Part shown: in pieces, positions 34,500-44,600 of the stretch
Position numbering within the stretch: the stretch's first letter is position 1
How the letters are laid out: each line of letters opens with the position of its first letter
NCBI RefSeq assembly: GCF_003334305.1
Contig: NZ_QOWS01000003.1
Length of the DNA: 64,000 nucleotides
Reading direction: 5' to 3' (one strand)
From: Escherichia coli
GTDB taxonomy: Bacteria; Pseudomonadota; Gammaproteobacteria; Enterobacterales; Enterobacteriaceae
Notes under the pieces: model-generated
The model's database searches: none
The model's input: the letters and a program-made list of their open reading frames with translations, nothing else
What the model was told of the DNA's origin: nothing
Made by a program: the position numbers and the translations under genes

Positions 34500-35764
34500 A
34501 TGGCTCTGAGTGATGTGAAGGTCCGTTCGGCTAAGCCGGAAGCAAAAGCCTATAAACTTACTGACGGTGAAGGCATGGTTTTGTTGGTCACCCTAATGGC
34601 TCCAAATACTGGCGACTTCGTTATCGTTTTGGCGGTAAGGAGAAGATGCTGGCGCTGGGGAAATACCCTGAAGTCTCGCTGGTCGATGCCAGAGGTCGCC
34701 GGGATGAAGCCCGTAAGTTGTTAGCTAACGGCGTCGATCCTAGTGAGAACAAGAAAGCTGTTAAGGTAGAGCATGAGCAAGAGGTGATAACGTTTGAAGT
34801 GGTAGCCAGAGAGTGGCACGCCAGCAATCAGAAGTGGTCTGCATCGCATAGCGCTCGTGTATTGAAAAGCCTCGAAGATAATCTCTTTGCTGCTATCGGT
34901 AAGCGGAACATTGCTGATCTGAAGACTCGGGATCTGCTTGTCCCCATCAAAGCGGTGGAGTCGTCTGGGCGTCTCGAAGTCGCTGCTCGTTTGCAGCAGC
35001 ATACTACCGCGATTATACGCTTTGCTGTACACAGTGGATTAATCGACTACAACCCCGCTCAAGAGATTGCTGGTGCGGTTGCTACGGCGAAAAGACAGCA
35101 TCGTGCTGCTCTGGAACTTAACCGCATTCCTGAATTGCTTCAACGCATCTATCACTATTCTGGCAGGCCGTTAACCCGACTGGCGGTTGAACTCACATTG
35201 TTAGTTTTCATCCGTTCAAGCGAGTTGCGTTTTGCTCGCTGGTCAGAAGTTGATTTTGATACTGCCATGTGGACGATTCCGGGAGAACGTGAGCCACTGG
35301 AGGGAGTTAAGCATTCTCAGCGTGGTTCGAAGATGCGGACTCCACATCTTGTACCCTTATCTCGACAAGCTCTCACCATTCTGGAAAAAATCAAAAGCAT
35401 GAGTGGAAACCGTGAGCTGATCTTCGTTGGTGATCACGATCCGCGTAAGCCAATGAGTGAGAATACGCTTAACAAGGCCTTGCGAGTGATGGGCTATGAC
35501 ACGAAAACGGAAGTGTGTGGACATGGTTTCAGGACGATGGCGTGTAGTTCTTTGATTGAATCGGGATTGTGGTCGAGGGATGCAGTAGAGCGGCAGATGA
35601 GTCATCAGGAACGTAGCTCAGTACGGGCGGCTTATATCCATAAGGCGGAACATCTTGGGGAGCGAATGTTGATGCTGCAGTGGTGGGCTGATTATCTGGA
35701 TGCGAATAGAATGGCGGCTATCACTCCATTTGACTATGCAAAGATTAATAGTTCTTTTCGATAA
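34500..35764 (+). pseudogene. P4/CP4-57-type tyrosine integrase with -1 frameshift near 34589-34591
   Basis: The N-terminus MALSDVKVRSAKPEAKAYKLTDGEGMVLLV (frame of 34500) continues only in another frame as (H)PNGSKYWRLRYRFGGKEKMLALGKYPEVSLVDAR..., which joins the 372-aa ORF. Catalytic HGFRTMA and RAAYIHKAEH are present downstream. Confidence 0.8.
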
Positions 35765-35820
35765 TTCTATCTAAGTATATGAATATTAACTGTTTTTTAA
35801 TTAAAGGCTTATAACTGAGA

Positions 35821-35850
35821 AGCCTCCGCCCTAATGGGGAGAGGCTTTTG
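35821..35850 (+). terminator. Putative terminator after the integrase gene
   Basis: agcctccgccctaatggggagaggct hairpin followed by tttt. Confidence 0.55.
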
Positions 35851-35965
35851 TCTTAACTCAATCAAGAAGGAAATCGTTATGTAAAACTTTATTTTTTTGT
35901 CCGGTATGTGAACGGAAGTGTTAAATATCCACTATGCCTTGTTCGCGCAATGGTCATCCTTTCAA

Positions 35966-37435
35966 TCAAATAACTCCAAGCTTTGCATACAATTCTTTTT
36001 TCTCTTTCATGCTGTTATCCAATGGTGCTACTCGCAATGCCGCTTTCAAATAAGCCGCAGCACCAGAGTAATCACGCATTTGCTCGCAAACTAAAATGAG
36101 TTGGCTTAACACATGGAACTTCATTGGAGTTGTTTGGTTTACTTTCTCCAATAGTACTCTTGCTTCAGAATATTTCGCTTCAAGGCCAAGGATAGATGAT
36201 TCTAAATACATGGTGGCCGCGTTTTCTGCTTCAGCTTGCTTTCGTTGCAACAGCCAGAAATTTGCTTGACTGATATTGCGTAACTGTAGGTTTGCCTTAA
36301 CTATCAACTCGAACAAAGCTGCTGGTTGAGTCAATTTACCCTCAAGTAAGATCGCTTTATTATCTTCTACAACTTTTTCAAAGTCGAATAAGCGATTGGC
36401 GCGATACAAGGCAATAAGTTGCTGATGTAAAGCTTGTAGATCTTTACTGCGGCTATACTCCTGCGACGCTAATTGAGCAGCTTTTTGGTAAGATTGATCG
36501 GACATTGCTTCAAGTACCGCACTTGACCAGTCCTGAGCAGGTTTAGTTTGAAAAACGGGAGCAATAGCACCAACTTTTAATTGCTTAGTGGCAGCAGAAT
36601 CAAATGCATGAATTAAGTCGGAAATAGTGGAAAAGCGATCCTCCGCTCGTTTTTGTAAACAAGTAAGAACCACTTGTTCCAGGTCCGTATGAATAGAGCT
36701 ATTAATCTCTGTCGGAAGCTTGAAAGGTGCGTGGCGCTGAACTTGTGCTGGCGTATCATGGGGCAGCTTTCCTGTCAGCAGCTGGTATAGCAAAACACCT
36801 AAGCTATAGATGTCGCCCAATAGTAGCTCTTCCAGGCTGCCTCTACGGCTATCGACGTTGGAGAACTCTGGGGCCGAATACAGCACAGTCCCGCCATTTT
36901 CACGGGTACGAACGTAAATTTCTTCTGGTAAAGCTGAGCTGCCAAAGTCCGTCAACTTCACCAGGTCCCGCTCTCCAACCAAAATGTTATGTGGCTTAAT
37001 ATCTCCATGAGATATTGGTACTGGTAATTCGGCCAAATAATGCACAGCACAGAGCACTTGACGATATATTCTGAACAACCGTTCATAGGTCTGGCCAAAA
37101 TTACGCTGCCTGTCATCGAGCTTTTGCGCCAGGGTTTGGCTGGGAAAATACTCCATTTCAATATAGAACCATTCATTATCTATACGGCCCATATCAAAAA
37201 TTTGCACAATATTTTCGTGCGGCTCGACGTTTAAAAGCTCTTTACCTTCGGCAAGCTGACGGTCTTCCCGAGTAATATCCTTAGGGATTTTTACTGCGAC
37301 AATTTTTCCATCTTTCAGGCGTTCCGCCCGCCATACCCAGCCATGGCTGCCATCACCAAGGCATTCAAGTAACAGGTATTTGTCACCAAGGCGTTTATTC
37401 GTCCCTGGCAAAAAATGTGCTGATTTTATATTCAC
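35966..37435 (-). CDS. Hanks-type Ser/Thr protein kinase with C-terminal helical (TPR-like) repeat domain; last gene of the nine-gene operon
   Basis: 489 aa with a GTG start overlapping the upstream stop (GTGA). Kinase subdomains are LGDGSHGWVW (Gly loop), VAVKIPK, HGDIKPHNILV, DFGSS, LYSAPE and DIYSLGVLLYQLLTG. The last roughly 200 aa are alpha-helical repeats. Confidence 0.85.
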   Translation of the reverse strand: MNIKSAHFLPGTNKRLGDKYLLLECLGDGSHGWVWRAERLKDGKIVAVKIPKDITREDRQLAEGKELLNVEPHENIVQIFDMGRIDNEWFYIEMEYFPSQTLAQKLDDRQRNFGQTYERLFRIYRQVLCAVHYLAELPVPISHGDIKPHNILVGERDLVKLTDFGSSALPEEIYVRTRENGGTVLYSAPEFSNVDSRRGSLEELLLGDIYSLGVLLYQLLTGKLPHDTPAQVQRHAPFKLPTEINSSIHTDLEQVVLTCLQKRAEDRFSTISDLIHAFDSAATKQLKVGAIAPVFQTKPAQDWSSAVLEAMSDQSYQKAAQLASQEYSRSKDLQALHQQLIALYRANRLFDFEKVVEDNKAILLEGKLTQPAALFELIVKANLQLRNISQANFWLLQRKQAEAENAATMYLESSILGLEAKYSEARVLLEKVNQTTPMKFHVLSQLILVCEQMRDYSGAAAYLKAALRVAPLDNSMKEKKELYAKLGVI

Positions 37436-37974
37436 ATCAACACCTCATAGTGAATTCTGTCCAAAACAATCATGTTCAGGTTTTTGATAAATAAAAAGCG
37501 ACTAAATACCACCTCAACATCAGGAGCGGCGATTACTTGGGTACCCGTGGACGAAGTAAAACCCATACGGCATATGTCTTTCAGTTTTTGAGTATCAGGT
37601 ACACCTACTAAGCCTTGGCTCCAGGCACTGAGGACCAGGGTTTTGGGGCAATGATTCCAGCGCTGTGCTGCTTCCAGTAAGTTTTTTAATTTTTCTTCCA
37701 GCTTTTGCTGCCCCTTCGCTGAACCATCAAAGCGTTCAAATTCGATTAAACACACAGGCGATGCAGAAGATTTATGAAACCAGCCCGAGTCAGAGCGAAT
37801 ATCAGCACCAAATGTCCCTGGAGCCGGGCATTCCACTACCGCCATAAATGACTGTTCATGCCCGAATGTATTCCAAACGCTACAGCCCAGGCTGTGGACC
37901 AATACATCCTGGTCCAATAGCTTACCGCTTGCTAAAAGTGGAAATGTCTCATTTACCCAGGCAACTTCAGGCAT
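37432..37974 (-). CDS. Hypothetical protein (about 180 aa); a possible nuclease-like fold is speculative
   Basis: The ATG at 37974 is preceded by AAGGTG, which overlaps the HerA-like stop (TAAGGTGCCTATG). The track GTG start at 38031 is less likely. The only hint of a PD-(D/E)xK-type site is ADIRSD...CLIEFERFDG...K. No motif was confidently recognised. Confidence 0.55.
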   Translation of the reverse strand: MPEVAWVNETFPLLASGKLLDQDVLVHSLGCSVWNTFGHEQSFMAVVECPAPGTFGADIRSDSGWFHKSSASPVCLIEFERFDGSAKGQQKLEEKLKNLLEAAQRWNHCPKTLVLSAWSQGLVGVPDTQKLKDICRMGFTSSTGTQVIAAPDVEVVFSRFLFIKNLNMIVLDRIHYEVLM

Positions 37975-37981
37975 AGGCACC

Positions 37982-39667
37982 TTAGCCACTGAAAGAGCCC
38001 CAAACACGCAGTACCTCTGGTGATTCACCACCGTGAATTAATGCCTTACTACCAACTTTAACAAGCAGTGGTGCAGGGATTGAACGACCACACACCAAAG
38101 CTTCACCGGTTGATAAACTCGGGAGTTCCTCCAGATCAGCTTTGCTCACCATATCTGATGCTTTAGCTATAAATCGTTGATCGTCAGGGTTCTTTAAGCG
38201 CATCGTAATTAGCGTATTGCACTGAGAGGTCACATCTGAATCTAATTTCGATGGACGCTGGCTCACAATGCCAAATCCAACGCCAAATTTACGACCTTCA
38301 CCAGCGATCTTTTTAATAATGCGGTGACTGACTGCGTTGCCGCCGGCCGGGGCAAAATTATGACCCTCTTCGTAAATGATAAAGCATGGGCGCAGCGGGT
38401 CCGTTTTGCTCGAGGCTGCTTTTAATATTTCACTAGATAACAGTGCACAAATGACTTGCTTAGCGGTATCACTCAAACCTTGTAAGTCAACAACGACTAA
38501 ACGCCCCTGTTGATTGCTCGGGCGACCCACCATTTTGTAAATATCAGTTGGCTCAGCCATTGTTGCGCTGTAAAAACTTTTAGCTTCATTAAGCACACGT
38601 GAAAGCTTCATCGAGGCGACGGCGGCACTACGGCCTGATAACGCCTTCGCCTCAGCTTCAGAAAGGTCGTCCCACTCTTTTAACTCTTCAATACCATCAC
38701 CTAATAAGAAGCGTAGGCGGTTAATATCTCGTGGCTCAGTCTTATCTGCAGAGCGCCAATAACGAATTGCAACATCGAGTACTCGTTGCTGCGGTTCCGT
38801 TAAGCCAGGTAATATTTCAGCAATATCGTCCATTTCAAAATGGTCAAACTGAAGCGCTAATGGCGTATTCTTACTGGCGTATTTATGTTTAAAAGATTCA
38901 TGCTGCGGCGAGTAAACCTGAATACCTGCACCGGCGGCTTGCAGCTTTTCAAAGGTCTGTTTTATCAGTGGCAGTGCTTCTTGATCACGCTTATCGTCAG
39001 TGGCTTCTAAGAAGCTTGAGAATTGCAGATTACCGCCAGCGAGGGCTTTACCGTATTCACCATGTGGGTCAAATACTACTACCGTACCGTTATTAACCGC
39101 AACTAAACGCTCAATAATGCGGCCAACTGTATAAGACTTACCTGAACCCGTCATTGCCAGAACAGCCAAATGCTCAGTGACCAACTTGTTCACGTCAATA
39201 AAAACAGGAACTGTATTCTCACCTTTGTCGTAGCCTACTAAGTTACCTAAGTGCAAACTGGAGTGTTCATTAAATTCGTAAAAATCACTCAAAAACTGAA
39301 AATCGACGGTTTCAACAGCGGTACCCGGGTTAAGCGGGCGACGTGGAATTTTGATTTGACGAGTAACAGGATCGCGGTAACCAACCAGCTCGACCTGAGC
39401 AAACATATTCTCACCAGTTACATTCGCACCGGGCAAAAGCTCAAGCTCGGTTACACCATCGCCAAAGCCGGCGTTATAGAGCATATTAGTACGGCTTATC
39501 TTGGTCACTCGCCCCAGTACGGCGACTTGCCCCTCATCTTTGCGTTCCTGGTGCATAATGCGTACAAACTCACCACGGCGTACTGAAAACGAGTCTTGTA
39601 CAACCATAGTTAACTGACTGGCATCACCAGTGTTACCGACTAATTTACCTAAAACTTTATAAGCCAT
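37982..39667 (-). CDS. HerA/FtsK-like (DUF87-type) P-loop ATPase
   Basis: 561 aa with an N-terminal barrel-like segment, Walker A LAMTGSGKSYTV and Walker B-like PCFIIYEEGHNFAP, the typical HerA arrangement. The start overlaps the upstream gene by 11 nt. Confidence 0.8.
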   Translation of the reverse strand: MAYKVLGKLVGNTGDASQLTMVVQDSFSVRRGEFVRIMHQERKDEGQVAVLGRVTKISRTNMLYNAGFGDGVTELELLPGANVTGENMFAQVELVGYRDPVTRQIKIPRRPLNPGTAVETVDFQFLSDFYEFNEHSSLHLGNLVGYDKGENTVPVFIDVNKLVTEHLAVLAMTGSGKSYTVGRIIERLVAVNNGTVVVFDPHGEYGKALAGGNLQFSSFLEATDDKRDQEALPLIKQTFEKLQAAGAGIQVYSPQHESFKHKYASKNTPLALQFDHFEMDDIAEILPGLTEPQQRVLDVAIRYWRSADKTEPRDINRLRFLLGDGIEELKEWDDLSEAEAKALSGRSAAVASMKLSRVLNEAKSFYSATMAEPTDIYKMVGRPSNQQGRLVVVDLQGLSDTAKQVICALLSSEILKAASSKTDPLRPCFIIYEEGHNFAPAGGNAVSHRIIKKIAGEGRKFGVGFGIVSQRPSKLDSDVTSQCNTLITMRLKNPDDQRFIAKASDMVSKADLEELPSLSTGEALVCGRSIPAPLLVKVGSKALIHGGESPEVLRVWGSFSG

Positions 39668-40814
39668 TATTCAATCCCTCATCGAGGCCTGCCAACCACC
39701 CTGCCTCAATATCATTATTCTTTAGTGCCTGGTGTAAACCCTGGCGATAAAACGTAGCAAATTTAGGTAAAATACCAAGCTGTTGATAACCAAGTAATTG
39801 TGGCAACGGCATTGCATTACCTTTGTTTTGCATATCCAGCACCATCAGGCGAGAGGCAACTAAATCGAGATCAGCACTTTTCCATTCTGGTTCGTCACCC
39901 GCTAATTGCACCATTTTTATCTGTCCACCTCGGGCACTACGGAAGTGAAAACCAATTAGACCTTGCTTAGCTTCAATATTGGGTTCAATGCGCTTTTCTT
40001 GTTCAGACAAACGAAATGCGATGGTGCGCGAATAGTTGCCTAAAATGCCATTGATAAATCGCAAATCTCCCACGCCAACCAAACTTTCATCCAGTCCTTC
40101 CAGATTTTGCATCAACTCTTTAGAAAACCCATCAGATGCTAAAATTTGTTTGCGTCCTTGTTCGGTACGTAAATCTTGTTTGGCGATACTTACAATGGCA
40201 CTAAAGCGCTCAGCCAAAATGCTCGCAAGTACTACACCATTTTGATTCCAGGGAAAAATTCTGGAGCGATGGTTTTGCCAAAAAGTTTCTATCACTTGTC
40301 TGGTTTTTTCGTACTCTTGTTTATGACGGACATTTCTCTCCAGCGGAGCCATATCCCGTGCTAAAAACAACGGCGTATCCAGCAAAATTAAATCGCCAGG
40401 CTCATAACCTAAAAGTTTTTTCTCAACTAACTGATAAGCCTGACGAATTTCAATTAAATCAAGCCGTTTACGCTGAGCTTCAAAATCAATATCATCCAGT
40501 TCTGATACCGAGTCGCTACCCACCGTGCTGACTTTATTGTCATCTATTAACAAATCTGTGCGCACTGCTGCACTGGCATAAATAAAACCACCCAATACCT
40601 TGTCTAAGCACGATTTAGTCGCAATACCGGCTACGCGTAAATTAACAATTGTGGGCTTGGGGACCGCTTTCACTAAGCCAGCATCACGGAATAGCGGCGC
40701 CACTTGCTCAATATCACGGACCTGTTTAAGCAAGCGTCCTGCACTTCCCGGTAAGCGAAGCTGGCTATCGATGGCGAGCGATTGCGCTAAATTCATCGTT
40801 TTGTTCTCATTCAT
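39657..40814 (-). CDS. Hypothetical protein (about 385 aa) in the nuclease-partner slot upstream of HerA
   Basis: The ATG at 40814 lies 2 nt after the upstream TAA. There is no clear catalytic motif. LILLDTPLFL faintly recalls the NurA hhhDGxL motif. The gene position matches NurA, DUF4297 or SIR2 partners in HerA systems. Confidence 0.5.
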   Translation of the reverse strand: MNENKTMNLAQSLAIDSQLRLPGSAGRLLKQVRDIEQVAPLFRDAGLVKAVPKPTIVNLRVAGIATKSCLDKVLGGFIYASAAVRTDLLIDDNKVSTVGSDSVSELDDIDFEAQRKRLDLIEIRQAYQLVEKKLLGYEPGDLILLDTPLFLARDMAPLERNVRHKQEYEKTRQVIETFWQNHRSRIFPWNQNGVVLASILAERFSAIVSIAKQDLRTEQGRKQILASDGFSKELMQNLEGLDESLVGVGDLRFINGILGNYSRTIAFRLSEQEKRIEPNIEAKQGLIGFHFRSARGGQIKMVQLAGDEPEWKSADLDLVASRLMVLDMQNKGNAMPLPQLLGYQQLGILPKFATFYRQGLHQALKNNDIEAGWLAGLDEGLNNGL

Positions 40815-40816
40815 GC

Positions 40817-41665
40817 TTATAGCGTTCCTGTGTGTAGCTGCTCGCCAAGTAATGGGGCATAAGCCCAATATTGCGAGGCTTGTAGGCATGTTTTACCGGT
40901 AGCTGTTATGCCCGCGTCGTCGATAAAATCGTGCTGCCGCAACATCTCACCCCGCTTGACAATATCAAGGCTATTAACATCAAACATCAGCTTAACCGCA
41001 TTATGCTCAGACAACGCTTGTAAGTTCATGCCACCGCCAGCGTAGAGTAATAGCAATACAACTAGATCGTGCTTATCTGGCGTGTAGTCAGTTGATGGCG
41101 CTTTAGGTTCGATTATTCGTTCAGCAATGCCTGCATGGTCCACAAACCAATTCAACCAGCTCACCAGGAGCTCACTATGATCGAGTAAAGTCAGCGACCA
41201 CAAAGGTAACGTGGTAAAGGCTAATAGCCCACTGTTGCTGTGTTTTCGTATGTAGCGGGTATGCACTACATCACCGGCCTGGTGCTGGTAGCGATCTGCG
41301 CTGCCAGTAAAGCCAGCAATAGCCTGGTCTGTTTCACTGGCTAGCAAAGCGGTTAGCCCCGGTTCCTGCCCCCTCAAGCTCGCTGGTACTAACTGCCAAT
41401 CCAGTGGATAGGGCAATTGCGCTAATAAGGTAAATTGTTCTGCTTTCAGGTTTATTACCAAAGCGGCACAACCTGCCTGCATAGCCCAGTGATACAGGTG
41501 CTGCATAGTATTAGCGTCAGTCAACTCTTCTGCTTGCACTATTAACAAACCGCTGGCTGGCGGCGAGCTAATCCAATCCTTCATTAAGGGGGTAGCCCCC
41601 GCAACAGTTTGCAAAAAACGGCCTTTACGATTACTGGCCAGTGCCGCAGATAAATAACGACTCAT
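40817..41665 (-). CDS. Hypothetical protein (about 282 aa)
   Basis: The ATG at 41665 is preceded by a GAGGTGA Shine-Dalgarno sequence that overlaps the TAG of the 1428-aa gene. No recognisable motif. Confidence 0.55.
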   Translation of the reverse strand: MSRYLSAALASNRKGRFLQTVAGATPLMKDWISSPPASGLLIVQAEELTDANTMQHLYHWAMQAGCAALVINLKAEQFTLLAQLPYPLDWQLVPASLRGQEPGLTALLASETDQAIAGFTGSADRYQHQAGDVVHTRYIRKHSNSGLLAFTTLPLWSLTLLDHSELLVSWLNWFVDHAGIAERIIEPKAPSTDYTPDKHDLVVLLLLYAGGGMNLQALSEHNAVKLMFDVNSLDIVKRGEMLRQHDFIDDAGITATGKTCLQASQYWAYAPLLGEQLHTGTL

Positions 41666-41675
41666 CGCGTCACCT

Positions 41676-44600
41676 CTACAAACCAGTGGCAAAGGTAAGG
41701 CGCATTTTTACAATGCCTTTGTCTACAAGTCCTTTCTGTTGCTCAGGTGTTAACACGGGTTCCTGATTTTGGCTCAAAGCCTTATAAATCGGTTGCCAAT
41801 CCGCCAGTGTTAAGCCTGTATCATTTAATATTTGCTCACCTTGACTCTGCCATTTGGCCTGGGTGCTTTCACACACCTGTTGAAGTTCTCTGACACCCAA
41901 ATTGCTCACATCCTCCAGAGTCAACGCTGCTGGTTCCGCTTGCTTTTGAGAAGCCAATAGCGGTTTTAATAACGGCAGCCAGCTGTTTACCTGTGCGATG
42001 GAGTTGCGTCTTACTTGGTTTAGACGCTCTTCAATTTTAAGTAGCTGGCCTTGAATCGGTGTAAGTTGACCGCGTGCCGGTTTTAAAAGCTCTTCTGGTA
42101 AATCCCGTAACGATGAAAACTGCCCATTGCGCAAACTGTTTTGCATACTTTGACGCTTGCTCTCTGCATCACTGGGGAGATCGGCAATAGCATCTTCAAT
42201 GAGCTGTAATTTCATTACCAGTTTTGGTAGCTCTGCAATGTCATCGGCGAACTGATACTCAGCCGTGGCGCTACTAAGCCATTCTTGCAGTTGTTGTGCA
42301 CGTAGTTTTTGCTCTGTGAGGTTATTAACCAGCTTACTAAATCGTTCTTTGCAGTTGCGGTAGCTGGACAAAATATGCCCCTGAATCTCCGCTATCGGCA
42401 ACTGTTGATCATTGTGCAGGTTTAAACCCACTTCTTGCGCTAAGGCTGAAAGCTTGTCATGCGCTCTACCTAAATCGAGTTTACGCAGGTAATGCAGTAA
42501 GGTATCGCTATCTGCTTGCTGCTCTTTTCGGCCAGTGGCACTGCTGGTATCGTCTTTTAACGCTCCATCTAAAATATGACCTATGGTGCGCAGCGTGTTG
42601 GTGTACAGACGTTTCGGAAAATTCGTCAGCGGGGCACACTCTGTTTCAACATCTATGATTAAATCAACGAGTCGGTTGTTGATACGCTCAGCGCTGCACT
42701 CAACAAACTCGGCAAATAAACAGGCCTGTTCAATCCGTTGATAAAGCGAGGTCGTTTTGTCTTCTAAGCTGAGAATATGGGCATCTTTTAGCATAGGCCT
42801 GGAACTATTAAGCGGTTTAACCTTTGCTACCAGCTCCAGCACTTCAGCGCGTTTGTGGATAAGCCCTGCCAATACTTTCGTGTCGTTGGCCTCGACCATA
42901 TCAGCCAATTGTTCTTCTTGCTGTTTGAGCACGTTAAATAGCGATTGTGCTTTTTCCAGCTGCTCTTTAGCTTCCACGGTGACGAAACCCAGCTTATTTT
43001 TACCCAGTGGCGCGAACATTTCATTAATGCGTGCATAACCATACACGCGGCTCATGACTTCCACATTGGCTGCATAGCTGCCCATATCGTTACCACGGAA
43101 CCAGTTTTGCGCTTCTCTAATGGCATTTTCTAAGCGGGAGCGCGGGTAGTGCTCCCAAATTGCCTGTTTTTCTGTTGGATTGGTTAAAGTGAGTAAGTTC
43201 AGCTCTCCACACCACCACATCCAGTCATTAAACACGCCTTTGGCGGTAACACTCGTTTCAGCCACATAGGCGAAATAAAACTGTTGCTTAAAGCCTTCGA
43301 ATTGCCACTTGTGCTTTTTATTAGGGTGAGCAATACGGGCTAAAAATAATGGGATCTGCGCCTGGCTTCGCTGCACATTATTAAGTTCAGTAAATAGCCC
43401 GGCATGTTCATCGGCAGTGTAACCTTTGGCAATATAGCTGCCCGGCACCTTAAGTTTATCCAACAAGCTGCTCAGCTCATTCACTGGCACGCCGTGTTGC
43501 TGCTGTAAATCGAGAATGCCATTTAACTCAGGGTGAGCAATGGCCAGCTGATACCAGCCTTTAAACAACAGGTCTCGGTCATTCGGTGATAATTTACCAT
43601 CTACCTTTAACGGCCAGGCAATTAAACCGCGCTGCTGCAAACGCTGGCGCCACTTGTGAATGGCATCCGTGGCAAAGGTTGTCAGGGCATGCAGCTTGTT
43701 TTTGAATTTCGCGGTAAAGCTGTCGGCAGTTAAATTCACGCCGTGCAACTGACATGCTGCCAAACTTAAGCCAATACGCTCTAACTGGTCTGCTTCGCTT
43801 GGGTTGACATAATGCAGCAGTATCGCATCACGCAACTCATTTCTTTCATCCAGTCGGCTGTATTGCTCCATGAGATGTGCAGAAGCAGTTAACGCTAATA
43901 CTGGCGTGCGACCATTTTGGTGGCTGTGGTTTGCCGCAAAGGTGTGAAGATTGTTCAGCTCAATTAGGTTGCTGACCCAGGCAAACAAGGCTTTACCTTC
44001 TGGGTGAAGCTTAAATCCATCCAGGGTAAGTAAACCACCCTGGCGGCCACGGGGCTCGGTTAAAATGGCCAAAGGTGCATCGTCGCTGCCCGCTTTATTA
44101 CTCAGCAAGTTTTCATCATAGGTCCAGTTGTTATCAAGTAATCTCACAAAGCCCGTTACACGGGCTAATGCCTTGATGAGCGGCTTCTGGCTACTTTGTT
44201 TGCTAAGTTCACTCATTGCCTGTTCATGAGCGTCGCCCATGGCGGGATCTTTAAAAATCAGTGAGTTTTGCTGGGCACTGCGATAGCGCAAATCCAGGCG
44301 CAGTAACATCGCCACACTGGGGCCAATATGCGTTGCTTCGCTGGCGTCCAGTTCGGTAGTTTCACCCACTAGCTTGTGCCATAAGGCATCGGCAGCGAAT
44401 TCAATCGCTGGGTGGTCATACAGCAAGCTGAGTAAGTATTTAAACTCACCTTTTGACAGAGGTAGTAATACCGCGCCTTTATCGCCGCTTGCGGCTTGTT
44501 CTTTAATTGAAAAAGTACGCAGGTTATCCAGCAAAGTATCTAAGTTCAGCGCTTGATCTACTGCAGGGTAGTACCATTCATCTTTATCGCGGCGGAATTT

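Noticed and set aside
39657-41692. Longer N-terminal extensions given by the ORF track for the 410-aa, 291-aa and 199-aa island ORFs (also for treC, ridA, bdcA, holC, yjgR, ahr, nanS, nanM, fimA and fimI)
   Set aside because: Internal ATGs with a Shine-Dalgarno sequence placed right at the upstream stop codon, or matching the known protein N-termini for the core genes, are better supported. The extensions would create long overlaps with upstream genes.
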